Shown: piece by piece, positions 26,845-36,386 of the stretch
Numbering within the stretch: position 1 is the stretch's first letter
How the letters are laid out: the number at the start of each line of letters is the position of its first letter
Source of the DNA: an uncultured Myxococcales bacterium
Lineage (GTDB): Bacteria > Myxococcota > Kuafuiibacteriia > Kuafuiibacteriales > Kuafuiibacteriaceae
Length of the DNA: 64,000 bases
Reading direction: 5' to 3'
Assembly: GCA_964473255.1 (NCBI GenBank)
Contig: CAYYOT010000004.1
Location: forward strand, 68,897-132,896
Made by a program: the position numbers and the translations under genes
Notes under the pieces: model-generated
Told to the model about the DNA's origin: nothing
The model's database searches: none
Seen by the model: the letters and a program-made list of their open reading frames with translations, nothing else

Positions 26845-28209
26845 GTGGTAGCGTCGAAGGGCGTGGAAGGTCCCAAGACGACGTACGTGGGCAGCGAGAT
26901 CCATCTCGACCGCCCGAAACTGATCGTCCTGAGTGGCCCGCAGAAGGGCCGAGAGGTGTCGCTCGACCGGCTACGTCTCACTCTGGGGTCGGCTTCCGAC
27001 AACGACGTGGTGCTCGAGGGCCTGGCTCCGGTCCACGCCGAGCTCTCGGTGGAGGCCGCTGGGCTGCTCTTTCAGGATCGCTCGGGCGGACGCTCGAAGG
27101 TCAACGGCTCGGCGATCCACGAGGCGGTCCTCGGACCCGGAGCAACTCTGGAACTCGGCGACGTCGAGATGAAGCTTCAGGACGCGCAGAATGCGCTCGC
27201 GGTCCTGCCCTCCTCGCGAGACCAGTTCGGGGACGCTCGCGGCCGGTCGCTCGCCATGCGAGAAATCTTCGGTGTGCTCGAGGCCATCGCGCCGACCCAG
27301 GCCACGGTGCTCCTCATGGGGGAGACGGGCACCGGAAAAGACGTCCTCGCCCGGGGCATCCACACCTGCTCGGACCGGAGCGGCGAAAGCATGCAGACGC
27401 TGGACTGCGGGGCCATCGCGCCGAGCCTCATCGAGAGCGAGCTCTTCGGATACGAGCGGGGCGCGTTCACCGGAGCCGAAGAGCAGCACATCGGGGCGTT
27501 CGAGCGCGCGAATGGAGGAACGTTGTTCCTCGACGAGATCGGAGAACTCCGGTTGGACGTTCAGCCGAAACTGCTTCGAGCGTTGGACGAACAGGAGATC
27601 CAGCGCGTCGGCGGGAGCCAAACCGTGCGTGTCGACGTCCGCGTCGTCGCTGCCACGAAGCGCGACCTCCTCGAAGAAGTGAAGCGCGGCCGCTTCCGCG
27701 AGGATCTGTGGTTTCGGCTGGCGGTCGTCCCGCTGACACTGCCCCCGCTGCGGCTTCGCCGAGAGGACATCCCTGCCCTGGTGGACACGTTCGTCCAGCG
27801 CTTTCGCGCACAGCACCCCGAATCTCGCGGAACGATCTCACCGGAAGAGGTGTCTCGGCTTCAGGCCCATGACTGGCCCGGCAATGTCCGTGAGCTGAAG
27901 AACACCGTGGAGCGCGGCCTGTGGATGGCGCAGACGGGTGACGGTGAAGTGCGGTTCCTGCTGCCGAGCCTGCAGCCGCAGGGGCTCGAGGCAGCCACCC
28001 CAGCGGACCACTTCGATCCCGGTCGGTCCTTCTCCGAGCACAAGCAAGCATGGGAAGAGGACTTCGAGCGTTCTTTCCTTCCCTGGCTCCTGGCTCGGGC
28101 GGACGGGAGCCTCTCCAAAGCAGCGCGGCTCGCGTCCATGGACCGCAAGCATTTGCGGAACCTCCTTCGCCGGCACGGCTTGCGCGACGACGCGGATGGG
28201 AGCGGTTGA
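26845..28209 (+). CDS. FHA-domain sigma-54-dependent transcriptional activator (NtrC-family enhancer-binding protein)
   Basis: The N-terminal FHA domain reads LTLGSASDNDVVLEGLAPVHAELSV...GGRSKVNG. The AAA+ sigma54 domain has GETGTGKDVLA and the GAFTGA motif (ERGAFTGA). A C-terminal HTH is present (LSKAARLASMDRKHLRNLLRRHGL). Confidence 0.8.
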   Translation: MVASKGVEGPKTTYVGSEIHLDRPKLIVLSGPQKGREVSLDRLRLTLGSASDNDVVLEGLAPVHAELSVEAAGLLFQDRSGGRSKVNGSAIHEAVLGPGATLELGDVEMKLQDAQNALAVLPSSRDQFGDARGRSLAMREIFGVLEAIAPTQATVLLMGETGTGKDVLARGIHTCSDRSGESMQTLDCGAIAPSLIESELFGYERGAFTGAEEQHIGAFERANGGTLFLDEIGELRLDVQPKLLRALDEQEIQRVGGSQTVRVDVRVVAATKRDLLEEVKRGRFREDLWFRLAVVPLTLPPLRLRREDIPALVDTFVQRFRAQHPESRGTISPEEVSRLQAHDWPGNVRELKNTVERGLWMAQTGDGEVRFLLPSLQPQGLEAATPADHFDPGRSFSEHKQAWEEDFERSFLPWLLARADGSLSKAARLASMDRKHLRNLLRRHGLRDDADGSG

Positions 28210-28249
28210 CCGCATCGTCGGCGTCGGTTGAGCTTCCGCCACGACGCCG

Positions 28250-29560
28250 ATGGCGCTCCTGTACATGAGCATGGCGGGCGAGGGCCGCGGCCACGCCACG
28301 CGGATGCGAGCTCTCGTGGAAGCGCTCCGCTCCCGGCACCGCATCCGCCTGTTCGCTCCTGGAGCTGCCTACGACCTGCTCTCTCCGGCGTACCGCGACA
28401 CCGAAGTGCAGGTCACTCCGATTCCCGGACTGCCCAACGTCTACTCTTCGGAGCGGGAGCTCAACTATGCGGCTACACTCCGAAAGTCGGCTCACTTCTT
28501 TCGGCGGCTCCCCAGCGTGCTGCGGCGGCTCCAGACCGAGTTTTCTCGGGAGCGTCCCGACCTGGTCGTCTGCGACTTCGAGCCCGTGCTCCCGCGCGCC
28601 GCGGATCGATGCCGCGTGCCGTGTATGGTCGTCGATCATCAGCACTTTCTCATCGTGAGCGATCTCTCGGAGCTGCCGCTCCGGCTGAGATTCCACGCCA
28701 CCACGCTCGGTTGGGTCGTCCGCTTCATCTACCGACGTCCGCGGACGGTGGTCCTGTCCTCGTTCCACACGGCGCCCCTCAAGCCCGGGACCCGCTCGGT
28801 TCGTCAGGTTGGCCCCTTCCTGCGACCGAGCGTCCTGCGCGCTCGCCCTGGGCCGGGTCGGCATCTGCTGGTGTATCTGCGGAGATTTGCTCCACCGAAG
28901 CTCTTGGAGGGACTGTTCCGATTGGGCCGACCAACCATCATCTATGGACTCGGCGCGCTCCCTGCCGAAGGGAGCCTGACCTTCAAGGACGTGGAAGAGG
29001 ATGCGTTCGTGGCCGATCTCGCGAGCGCCCAAGCTCTGATCACCACCGCCGGCAATCAGATCGTGGGCGAAGCCATGTACCTGGAGAAGCCGGTGCTCGC
29101 CATGCCGGAGGCCAACAACTTCGAGCAAGCGATCAATGCGCATTTCCTCGTCGAGAGCGGGGCCGGTATCGCCGTCCCCCTGGAGGAGTGTGGCTTCGAG
29201 CAGCTCGTCGATTTCGTCGCTCGTCTGTCCCAGTTTCGCGCCCTACCGCGAACGACACGTTCGAACGGAACGCCCGACGCGGTGGAAGCCATCGAGGGTG
29301 AGCTCGCGCGGCTGGACGGGCCGCCTCCCGCGAAGGGCGAAGCCGCTCAGCGGACGACGATGTCGGCGCGTTCGAACGACACGGTTCCGTTGACGACCCC
29401 GAAAGCCACCCCGCCCGCCCGAGGAGCGGGCGTTTCGCAAAGCTGCTCCTCGGAGCCGTCGGCGCCGAGGTCGAGCGTGACGCGCGTCCCGCCCGCCGAG
29501 CGGCGAATGCGAACCTCGATCGGTCCCGCTTCCCCGAGTTCCGGCAGCAAGACTGGTTGA
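28250..29560 (+). CDS. GT-B glycosyltransferase (GT1/MGT-family or GT28-like UDP-glycosyltransferase)
   Basis: The N-terminal motif is GEGRGHATRMRALVEAL. The C-terminal domain has an ITTAGNQIVGEAMYLEKPVLAMP nucleotide-sugar-binding block. The low-complexity tail overlaps the convergent lipoprotein gene, so the 3' end is uncertain. Confidence 0.6.
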   Translation: MALLYMSMAGEGRGHATRMRALVEALRSRHRIRLFAPGAAYDLLSPAYRDTEVQVTPIPGLPNVYSSERELNYAATLRKSAHFFRRLPSVLRRLQTEFSRERPDLVVCDFEPVLPRAADRCRVPCMVVDHQHFLIVSDLSELPLRLRFHATTLGWVVRFIYRRPRTVVLSSFHTAPLKPGTRSVRQVGPFLRPSVLRARPGPGRHLLVYLRRFAPPKLLEGLFRLGRPTIIYGLGALPAEGSLTFKDVEEDAFVADLASAQALITTAGNQIVGEAMYLEKPVLAMPEANNFEQAINAHFLVESGAGIAVPLEECGFEQLVDFVARLSQFRALPRTTRSNGTPDAVEAIEGELARLDGPPPAKGEAAQRTTMSARSNDTVPLTTPKATPPARGAGVSQSCSSEPSAPRSSVTRVPPAERRMRTSIGPASPSSGSKTG

Positions 29561-31293
29561 CAAACGATCCGCGATCCGCCGCGACGAAGAGGCGAACGGA
29601 CGACCTGGGGAGCCGTCTGCAGCACGTAGTGGTCGTAGTCGCCGGAGGCGAGCCCGAAGACCAGCGAGGGTCGCGCGGCTCCGTCCTCCCGGCGGTACGT
29701 CACGGTCAGATCGAAATCGACGACGCTGCCGACGAGGAACGTCACCAGTTCGCCGGGTACGGGGTCGAGGGCGAAGCCCCTCGGTCCTTCGACGACGAGT
29801 CGACCTTGGTCGAACGAAGCCGCCCCAGGACGCTGAGGAATCAGGCCCGACGGTAGACCCTCGCTCGGTTCACGGATGCCCGGGGCCGTCCGCGCGAGAA
29901 CCCCGCTGGGTCCCGAGTGAAAGCTCCAAACGCTTCCGTCCTCGCCCTCCAGGTATGCGAGCCCCGGGGCGAGCGTGGCTCCCACCAAAGCGCCGACCTC
30001 CGCGGGAGGGCGCGGGACCGTCTGCAGCGCCTGGGGCAAGAGTCGAATCCACGTGAGGTCTTGGTCGGGCGTCGAAGGCACGAAGAGCAGACTGCCGTCC
30101 ATCAAGTCCAGGAGCTCACCAGGCCCGGGCGCCGCCGCTGCACCGAGCGGATCTGCCGGGCGGAACGCTCCGGAAAGATCGGGGTCGAGCGACAGACCAC
30201 TGATGAAGTCGATCGGTCCGTCCTGTCCGACACCGCCGGCAACGATGAGGGCGCCGGATGCGATCGCAGCCACGGCCAGGTCGGAGCGTCCGTCGTCGAA
30301 GACCGTCGTAACCGCGACCGCGCGACCGCTGCTGAAGTCGAAGACCGACACATCCTGAAGTCGGGCAGTCGTCGCGGTCGTCGCGCGACCACCGACGAAC
30401 GCCGCCCGATTCCCGGCGATCGGCGCAGCGGCCGAGGCCCCACGGGGGCGATCCAGATTGCCGACGGGATCCACGCGCGCGGGCCGGATCGATGGGTCGG
30501 CGAGCTGGACCTCGGTCCGAGCGACGGTTTCCGTGGTGCCGCCTCCGACGACCACGTTCGCACCGGGAAGCGCAGCGACGGCTGCACCCGGTGGATAGTC
30601 ACCCACCCACGGTTCCTCATGGGGCAGCGGTCGGTCTGGCGCATACACGGCGATCAGATCGGCATCCACGAAGCCACCGCACGCCTCGCCCGTGCGTCCG
30701 CCGAGGACGGCAGCCGAGCCGTCGACCAGACTGACGCCACGCGCTCCGATACGGGCATCGCGCACCACCCCCCGGGGCGCCGGTGCGTCGACGATCCCGA
30801 CCTCGATCAGGTCTTTCCTCGGACAACCGTCGATTCCGACGCCCCCGCCGAAGACCACGCGATCTCCGACTCGGACGGCGTACCCTTCCCGACGCGGACC
30901 GATGCCCTCGCCGACGAGCGCCAATCGGCCCACGGAACTGAAGTAGATGGGAATGGGTCCCGCCGGCGGATCGCGAACGACATCCAGCTCCGGGCTGATC
31001 CCGGAGGCAACCACGCGGTCGTCCGAGTCGAGCCCAACGACGATCAGGCGGTCGAAGGTGGGAGCGAGAGTCGCGACCGAGACCGGACCCTGGTCCCAGG
31101 GCCATCGTCCGAGATCGACCTGCTCTCCCTCGGCGATGGCCGAGACCTGCAGATCCGCGACACCGAAGAATGGGTCGGGATCGAGCGGACGCTGAAGTTC
31201 GAGCCGCAAATCGACCGAGCGCGAGCAGGCGAGCATGGCCCCGCCGGCAACGAGGGCGATCAAAGAGATGCGTGGGACCGCCATCATTGCCAT
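29347..31293 (-). CDS. Large hypothetical lipoprotein
   Basis: 648 aa. The lipobox (GAMLACSRS) follows a hydrophobic signal. The protein is Gly/Val/Asp-rich with beta-rich repeat character. Confidence 0.45.
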   Translation of the reverse strand: MAMMAVPRISLIALVAGGAMLACSRSVDLRLELQRPLDPDPFFGVADLQVSAIAEGEQVDLGRWPWDQGPVSVATLAPTFDRLIVVGLDSDDRVVASGISPELDVVRDPPAGPIPIYFSSVGRLALVGEGIGPRREGYAVRVGDRVVFGGGVGIDGCPRKDLIEVGIVDAPAPRGVVRDARIGARGVSLVDGSAAVLGGRTGEACGGFVDADLIAVYAPDRPLPHEEPWVGDYPPGAAVAALPGANVVVGGGTTETVARTEVQLADPSIRPARVDPVGNLDRPRGASAAAPIAGNRAAFVGGRATTATTARLQDVSVFDFSSGRAVAVTTVFDDGRSDLAVAAIASGALIVAGGVGQDGPIDFISGLSLDPDLSGAFRPADPLGAAAAPGPGELLDLMDGSLLFVPSTPDQDLTWIRLLPQALQTVPRPPAEVGALVGATLAPGLAYLEGEDGSVWSFHSGPSGVLARTAPGIREPSEGLPSGLIPQRPGAASFDQGRLVVEGPRGFALDPVPGELVTFLVGSVVDFDLTVTYRREDGAARPSLVFGLASGDYDHYVLQTAPQVVRSPLRRGGSRIVCQPVLLPELGEAGPIEVRIRRSAGGTRVTLDLGADGSEEQLCETPAPRAGGVAFGVVNGTVSFERADIVVR

Positions 31294-31376
31294 GTCCCCC
31301 AGCCCGAGGCATAGTTCCAGCCCGAGGCGAGCAGCGGGGCGTCATGGATTGTCCCCGCTCGCGCGGCTGAGGCCAA

Positions 31377-33191
31377 GTGTTCCAGCCTACCACCTTTGGT
31401 AAGTACTTCCTGACCCGTCGACTGGCCGTCGGCGGCATGGCCGAGGTGTTCCTGGCCAAGCTCTACGGAGCGGACGGCTTCGAAAAAGATCTCGTCATCA
31501 AGCAGATTCTGCCGCAGCACGCGAAAGACCCTGAGTTCGTTCAGAGCTTCGTGGGCGAAGCCAAGATCGCGGTCAGCCTGAACCACGCCAACATCGTGGG
31601 GATCTACGAACTGGGCCGGGTCGACGGGACCTACTTCATCGCCATGGAGTACGTCGACGGTCTCGACGTCTTCCTGACCAGCGAAGCCGCCCGCAAATAC
31701 GGCGAGGTCCTGACGCCGGGAATGGCTCTGCTGGTGTGCGAGGAAGTCGCGAAGGGTCTGGATTACGCTCATCGCAAGCGGGACCCCACCGGGCACCTCT
31801 TGGGCCTCGTTCATCGCGATCTGAATCCCCGAAACGTTCTCATCTCCCGCGAGGGCGAAGTGAAGATCCTCGACTTCGGGATCGCCAAGACCGCGTCCCG
31901 CGCCGCGGAGATGCCGAAGACCCGCGCCGGTGTGGTCAAGGGAACGACCGGCTACATGTCGCCCGAGCAGGCCACGGGCAAAGACGTCGACGCCCGCACG
32001 GACATCTATCAGGCCGGGCTCCTCTTGTACGAGCTGCTCACGGGAGAAGCGCTCTTTTGGCGACCCGACGAAGAGATCACTCGGTCGCTGATGCGACGCC
32101 ACGAGGTCCCCATGCCTTCCCAGTTCTCGGAGACGCTTCCGCCCGAGGTCGACGAGATCTGTACGACGTGTCTGGCCCGCCAGCCGGACGACCGCCCAGC
32201 ATCGGCCGCCGACCTCGCGCAGCGTCTCGCCCGGCTTCGCTTCCTCTACTACCCCGATGAGGACCACCGAAAGCTCGGCGCACTCGTCACCCGATTGATC
32301 GCAAAGCGCGAGGAGGAGGTCGCACGCACGCAAATCCCGTCGGACATCCCGAACACCGTCGAGCTGTCCGAAGTCATCTCCCAGGCGATCGAGCACTCGA
32401 TCTCGGATGACATCGAGACGATCGCGACCCGCTTTCCCTCGGCCGATCTGTCGGAACCAGGCTCAGCCCCCCTCCAGGTCAAGAGCGACCAGACGGTGCA
32501 GCCGACACCGGCGTTCGGCACCGAGAACCCGCTCGAGACGCCGGCGCCCGAACCGACCGCGGTGCCCGTGGCACCACTGGCATACGGGCCGACCGATTCA
32601 TCGGATGTCGAACCAGCCGACGTTGCGGAGGTTGCTCTCGTTCCCGAACGACGTTGGATGTTGGCCGCAGGCAGCGCGGCCGCCGTCGTCGTCTTGGGTT
32701 TGGCGCTTTGGGCTACGGTCGGCGGCGGGACGACGGCCGAACCGGAACCCGTCCGACCCGCGCCCGTCTCGTCGGTCTCCGGTCCGACGGCCGTGACGGC
32801 AGTGCTGGACGCCGGAGCGCCCCGTGACGCCGGGGGCGAGGTTGCCCTCACGGCGGCCGAAGCATCGGGTTCCGATGAGGTCACGTCGATACGTCGGACG
32901 CCCCGTACCTTCGGCGAAGCCACCGTCGCCTTCGGAACGCGCTCCTGCTCCAGCCGGGTTACCGTCGACGGCAAGATCGTGACCCGCACGACTCCGTCGT
33001 ACGACCATCGACTTCCGGCGGGCCGGCATCGCATCGTCATCGAAGGAACCAGCTGCCCGCCGATCGAACGGCCGGGCTCCCTGCGGCGTGCCATCCCGGT
33101 CGTCGTCTCCGACGTGATGCTCGAGGCCGACCGCAACGTGAAGATCATTGCCGATTTCGAGAAGGACCGACTGATCGTCAAGAGCTACTGA
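31377..33191 (+). CDS. Eukaryotic-like Ser/Thr protein kinase with a C-terminal PEGA-like domain
   Basis: Kinase subdomains are present: GGMAEVFLA, VIKQI (Lys), HRDLNPRNVLI, ILDFGIAKT and GTTGYMSPEQ. It has a Pro/Ala-rich linker with one transmembrane helix (MLAAGSAAAVVVLGLALWA) and a C-terminal PEGA-like beta domain (RHRIVIEGTSCPPIE). Confidence 0.85.
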   Translation: MFQPTTFGKYFLTRRLAVGGMAEVFLAKLYGADGFEKDLVIKQILPQHAKDPEFVQSFVGEAKIAVSLNHANIVGIYELGRVDGTYFIAMEYVDGLDVFLTSEAARKYGEVLTPGMALLVCEEVAKGLDYAHRKRDPTGHLLGLVHRDLNPRNVLISREGEVKILDFGIAKTASRAAEMPKTRAGVVKGTTGYMSPEQATGKDVDARTDIYQAGLLLYELLTGEALFWRPDEEITRSLMRRHEVPMPSQFSETLPPEVDEICTTCLARQPDDRPASAADLAQRLARLRFLYYPDEDHRKLGALVTRLIAKREEEVARTQIPSDIPNTVELSEVISQAIEHSISDDIETIATRFPSADLSEPGSAPLQVKSDQTVQPTPAFGTENPLETPAPEPTAVPVAPLAYGPTDSSDVEPADVAEVALVPERRWMLAAGSAAAVVVLGLALWATVGGGTTAEPEPVRPAPVSSVSGPTAVTAVLDAGAPRDAGGEVALTAAEASGSDEVTSIRRTPRTFGEATVAFGTRSCSSRVTVDGKIVTRTTPSYDHRLPAGRHRIVIEGTSCPPIERPGSLRRAIPVVVSDVMLEADRNVKIIADFEKDRLIVKSY

Positions 33192-33233
33192 CACCGACGG
33201 CGCCGTGAAGAGGACGGAAACGACGTTCCGTCG

Positions 33234-34580
33234 TCAGGTCAGCATCAAATCGTGCACCAGGAGCGGCGGGACCACGGCTCCCGCCGCCCACCGAGGAAGC
33301 CCGAGGGCTTCGATGCGATTCAGCAGACCGATGACGTCGACGGTGGCCGCCATCGGCGGAGCCAAGCCGGCGACCTCGCCGCGGTGGATCAGATGCGGTG
33401 CACCGCGCGTTGCGCCGATGACTCGGACCGTCTGGCTGTCGATCAACCGGAGGCTCTCGAAATCGCGAATGCAGATCCCCTGATCGACCCGAGCCACCAG
33501 CTCGGAGATACTGTTGTCTTCGCCGGCCATCACGAGATGGCTCGCCCCCTCGTAGCCCCAAAAGTCATCGGCCGCTCGCCGGTGCCCCGTCGGGCGCTCA
33601 TCCATCTGGGCCGCGGTCGACCAGGCGTAGACGGCGGCGCGCGCCTGACCTTCCTCGATGATCTGAACCCGCTTTCGAGCGACGCCTTCGACGTCGAACG
33701 GCACACCGCGATGGTCGGGATGATTGAAGTCGTCTTCGAGCTGGACCCGCGGGTCGACGATCGACTGTCCGAGATGATCCGACAAAAACGACGCACCGGC
33801 GGCGGCCATTCGCGCCCCGCAGGTCCGACCCAAGAAGCTGATGAGACGGGCGACGGCCGGTTCCTCCAAGACGGCAACGTAACGGCCGGGACGGAGCGCC
33901 ACGTGTCGAGCCGGGACATCGAGTTGTTCGAGCGCTAGCTCGACCATTTCCTCGACGTCGAGCTCGTCCCGCGACCACGAGCTGGCGTCCGCTCGACCCC
34001 GACCCAGGTCGGCATGCCCGAACTCCATCTCCACGTCGATCCGCGTACGCGGATGGTATGCGAGAAGGCCGCGCGTATTCGCGATGGCGTACGGGACAGG
34101 CACCCCATCGGGATCGAATGTTCCTCGGGTGACGCGAACGCGACCCCGCGTGGATACGTGTCGTTCCTTGGCGGCAAGCACGGCTCGCGCAGCGAGACCG
34201 GTGCGTTCGATCGGGCCGAGGGCCGCGGTCGCTGCATCGTAGGCCGAGACTTCTTCGTAGTTTTGCGGGTCGGGCAACATGCCGTTCGTCTCCGCACCCT
34301 TTTCCAAAGACGCGACGCGCGACTTCGCGGACACGATGGCCTCCGCCACGCCATCGGTCGAGAAGTCGGACGTGGCCACCCGAGACACTCCACCCTGATG
34401 GGCGATGCGGACGGTCAGAAGCTCGAGCCTTCGGTCGTGCGCGTCCCGGATCCCGGAAGCATCGAACTCCGTGCTCCCGACCTCACCGCCGAGCAGCGCG
34501 ATCTCCGCCTCGTCGACGCCTTGCGATGCCTCGGCCAGGGCCGCTTCGAGAATGCGGAAGGCTGCTTCCTGGGCGTGCAT
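33234..34580 (-). CDS. TldD/PmbA-family (peptidase U62) protein
   Basis: The likely start is MHAQEAAFRILEAALAEA at 34580, 4 nt downstream of the stop of the paralog. The family-typical organisation and a Gly-rich C-terminal domain are present. Confidence 0.65.
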   Translation of the reverse strand: MHAQEAAFRILEAALAEASQGVDEAEIALLGGEVGSTEFDASGIRDAHDRRLELLTVRIAHQGGVSRVATSDFSTDGVAEAIVSAKSRVASLEKGAETNGMLPDPQNYEEVSAYDAATAALGPIERTGLAARAVLAAKERHVSTRGRVRVTRGTFDPDGVPVPYAIANTRGLLAYHPRTRIDVEMEFGHADLGRGRADASSWSRDELDVEEMVELALEQLDVPARHVALRPGRYVAVLEEPAVARLISFLGRTCGARMAAAGASFLSDHLGQSIVDPRVQLEDDFNHPDHRGVPFDVEGVARKRVQIIEEGQARAAVYAWSTAAQMDERPTGHRRAADDFWGYEGASHLVMAGEDNSISELVARVDQGICIRDFESLRLIDSQTVRVIGATRGAPHLIHRGEVAGLAPPMAATVDVIGLLNRIEALGLPRWAAGAVVPPLLVHDLMLT

Positions 34581-34584
34581 GACC

Positions 34585-36117
34585 TCAGTACCGATCCTTT
34601 CGCGCCGTTCGCCGCCAGCTCCTCCTGCGCGGAGGAGCCGAGCTGCGCAGTAACCCGTCCGGTAGACGAAAGCGGCCGGCGGGCAGGCCCGTCGTCGCAT
34701 CGCCCACCTGCGCATCGCGGACGCGCAGGGGCGGTACCGCCGCCCCGACGACCAGGCCGGCATCATCGAGGTAGCCGTACGTGCCCTGAGCGTCCCGGGG
34801 CCCGAGCGCGTCGACCGTCGTGAAGAACTCGAGCACGTGACCGCCGTAGATCAGATCGCGGACGGGCTCGATCGGCCGACCGTCGCGAATGAGCCAAGCG
34901 CGGCCCCCGACCGCCGTGAACGATCCATCGGGAAGGCTTTCGAGGTGCGAAAGCGATTCCACGAGGATTCCGTGCGACGTGTCGGCGACGAGGGCCTCGA
35001 GGCTTTCCGCCTCGCCGCCGTCCATCACCCAGTTAGACGGCGACACCCGAGGGGGCGCATCCCAGGCCGGCGCCCGCATGCTCGCCGTCGGTCGTTCGAG
35101 ACCTGCCCGCGCAGCGCCCGAACGGGAGCAGAGGCCGCGGGCAAAGCAGCCATCTTCGAGCAGGGTGACCGGCTCGGACGGTATGGCCTCGTCGTCGTAC
35201 GCATAGTTCGCTGCCCCACCGGGAAACTGTGAATCGACGGACAGGCGCATCCCCGCGGGGCCCAAGCGTCGACCAACGAAACCGCCGAGTTCAGCGCTCC
35301 GGGCCGCGCCATGGCCCGGGCGATCCATGTCGAAGACGTCGCCCATGATCGATAGGTGGGCAGCCGTGACCGCCGGCGCCAGGACCAGCGACATCCCGCC
35401 GGAGGGCGCGACCGAGGCGCGGGTCTGCTCGACGATGGCGGCGCCCAGGTCGTCTGCTCGACGCGCGGGGTCCAGCTCGTCGATGAACTCCCAGCCCTTG
35501 GCCGCCATCGCCCGGATCCGACCGTTCGGGTAGCCGAGCGAAAGGAGACGATCGCCATCGGATGCGCCCGCTTCGATGAGGAGCGATGTCCAGAGCTTGT
35601 CCTGCTCGACCTCCGCGCCCTCGGAGGTCACGACGATCGAATGGCGGCGCTCGAAGCCCAGGTGACTTCGCGCCATGACGACCGCGGGACTGCGGCGAAG
35701 GTTGGCGTCCACGGTTCGTAGCAGGTCGACTTTCTCGTTCAGCGGCACTGTCGCCGGGTCGCGCTCGTGCTGCGTGCGATGCAGACCGCGGATGGGTTCG
35801 GCCTCCACGATCTCGTCGCCGTGCTCGGCAAGGACGGAGGCCGCTTGCGCCGCGGACACCGCCCGCCGGGCGAGGACCGCCGCATCATGGCGATTCGGCT
35901 CGGCCACCGCCGCGAATCCCCAAGCCCCGTGAGCGAGCACGCGAAGGCCAAGACCGCGGTCGGCGCGAACGCGGGAGCGGACCCAGTCGCCGCTGTGGAC
36001 ACGCAGGTCCTCGCGGCTGACCCACTCGTAGCGGCCCGCCGCGAAGACGGCCCCCAGGCGGACCGCTTCTTCGACGGCGATGTACGCCAGCTCCAGTGCC
36101 AGGGATTGACTGTACAA
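34585..36117 (-). CDS. TldD/PmbA-family (peptidase U62) protein, paralog
   Basis: 510 aa. The first codon at 36115-36117 is TTG. The region LELAYIAVEEAVRLGAV...RVRADRGLGLRV... is TldD/PmbA-like. It is in tandem with the downstream paralog. Confidence 0.65.
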   Translation of the reverse strand: MYSQSLALELAYIAVEEAVRLGAVFAAGRYEWVSREDLRVHSGDWVRSRVRADRGLGLRVLAHGAWGFAAVAEPNRHDAAVLARRAVSAAQAASVLAEHGDEIVEAEPIRGLHRTQHERDPATVPLNEKVDLLRTVDANLRRSPAVVMARSHLGFERRHSIVVTSEGAEVEQDKLWTSLLIEAGASDGDRLLSLGYPNGRIRAMAAKGWEFIDELDPARRADDLGAAIVEQTRASVAPSGGMSLVLAPAVTAAHLSIMGDVFDMDRPGHGAARSAELGGFVGRRLGPAGMRLSVDSQFPGGAANYAYDDEAIPSEPVTLLEDGCFARGLCSRSGAARAGLERPTASMRAPAWDAPPRVSPSNWVMDGGEAESLEALVADTSHGILVESLSHLESLPDGSFTAVGGRAWLIRDGRPIEPVRDLIYGGHVLEFFTTVDALGPRDAQGTYGYLDDAGLVVGAAVPPLRVRDAQVGDATTGLPAGRFRLPDGLLRSSAPPRRRSWRRTARKDRY

Positions 36118-36386
36118 CGCGACTCCTCTCGGCGGCCCAGGTTCCCCGCCATGCGGTTATCCCTTGGGTTGGGACCCAGGGCAAGCGGCACGTCTTCGTA
36201 CCGGCGATCTGCGCTCCGTCCGGCGGGAAGAAGCAGGGTCGGGAGAGGGTCGGCGCCTCTTCAGCGACATCTTCTTGTTGGTTCCTAAATCGGGGAGGAA
36301 GAGCCCTTCTGCGGACGCGAAGCGACGACCGAGTCGGCAGCGGAGCTCGCCTTGCAAGGCCTCACTTCCTTTGGAAAATTGCGTCC

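Noticed and set aside
27467-29143. 558-aa minus-strand ORF
   Set aside because: It is antisense to the sigma54 activator and glycosyltransferase genes and has Arg/Gly-rich low-complexity content typical of off-frame GC-rich ORFs.
36157-36357. 66-aa ORF upstream of the TldD/PmbA pair, considered as a possible RiPP/microcin precursor
   Set aside because: The sequence is Arg/Pro-rich with no Gly/Ser/Cys core or leader-like features. It is most likely non-coding 5' UTR.
36360-36386. Possible sigma-54 promoter (ttggaaaattgcgtcc) upstream of the giant lipoprotein gene
   Set aside because: GG-to-GC spacing is too short for the -24/-12 consensus, and it lies only about 10-20 nt from the start codon.
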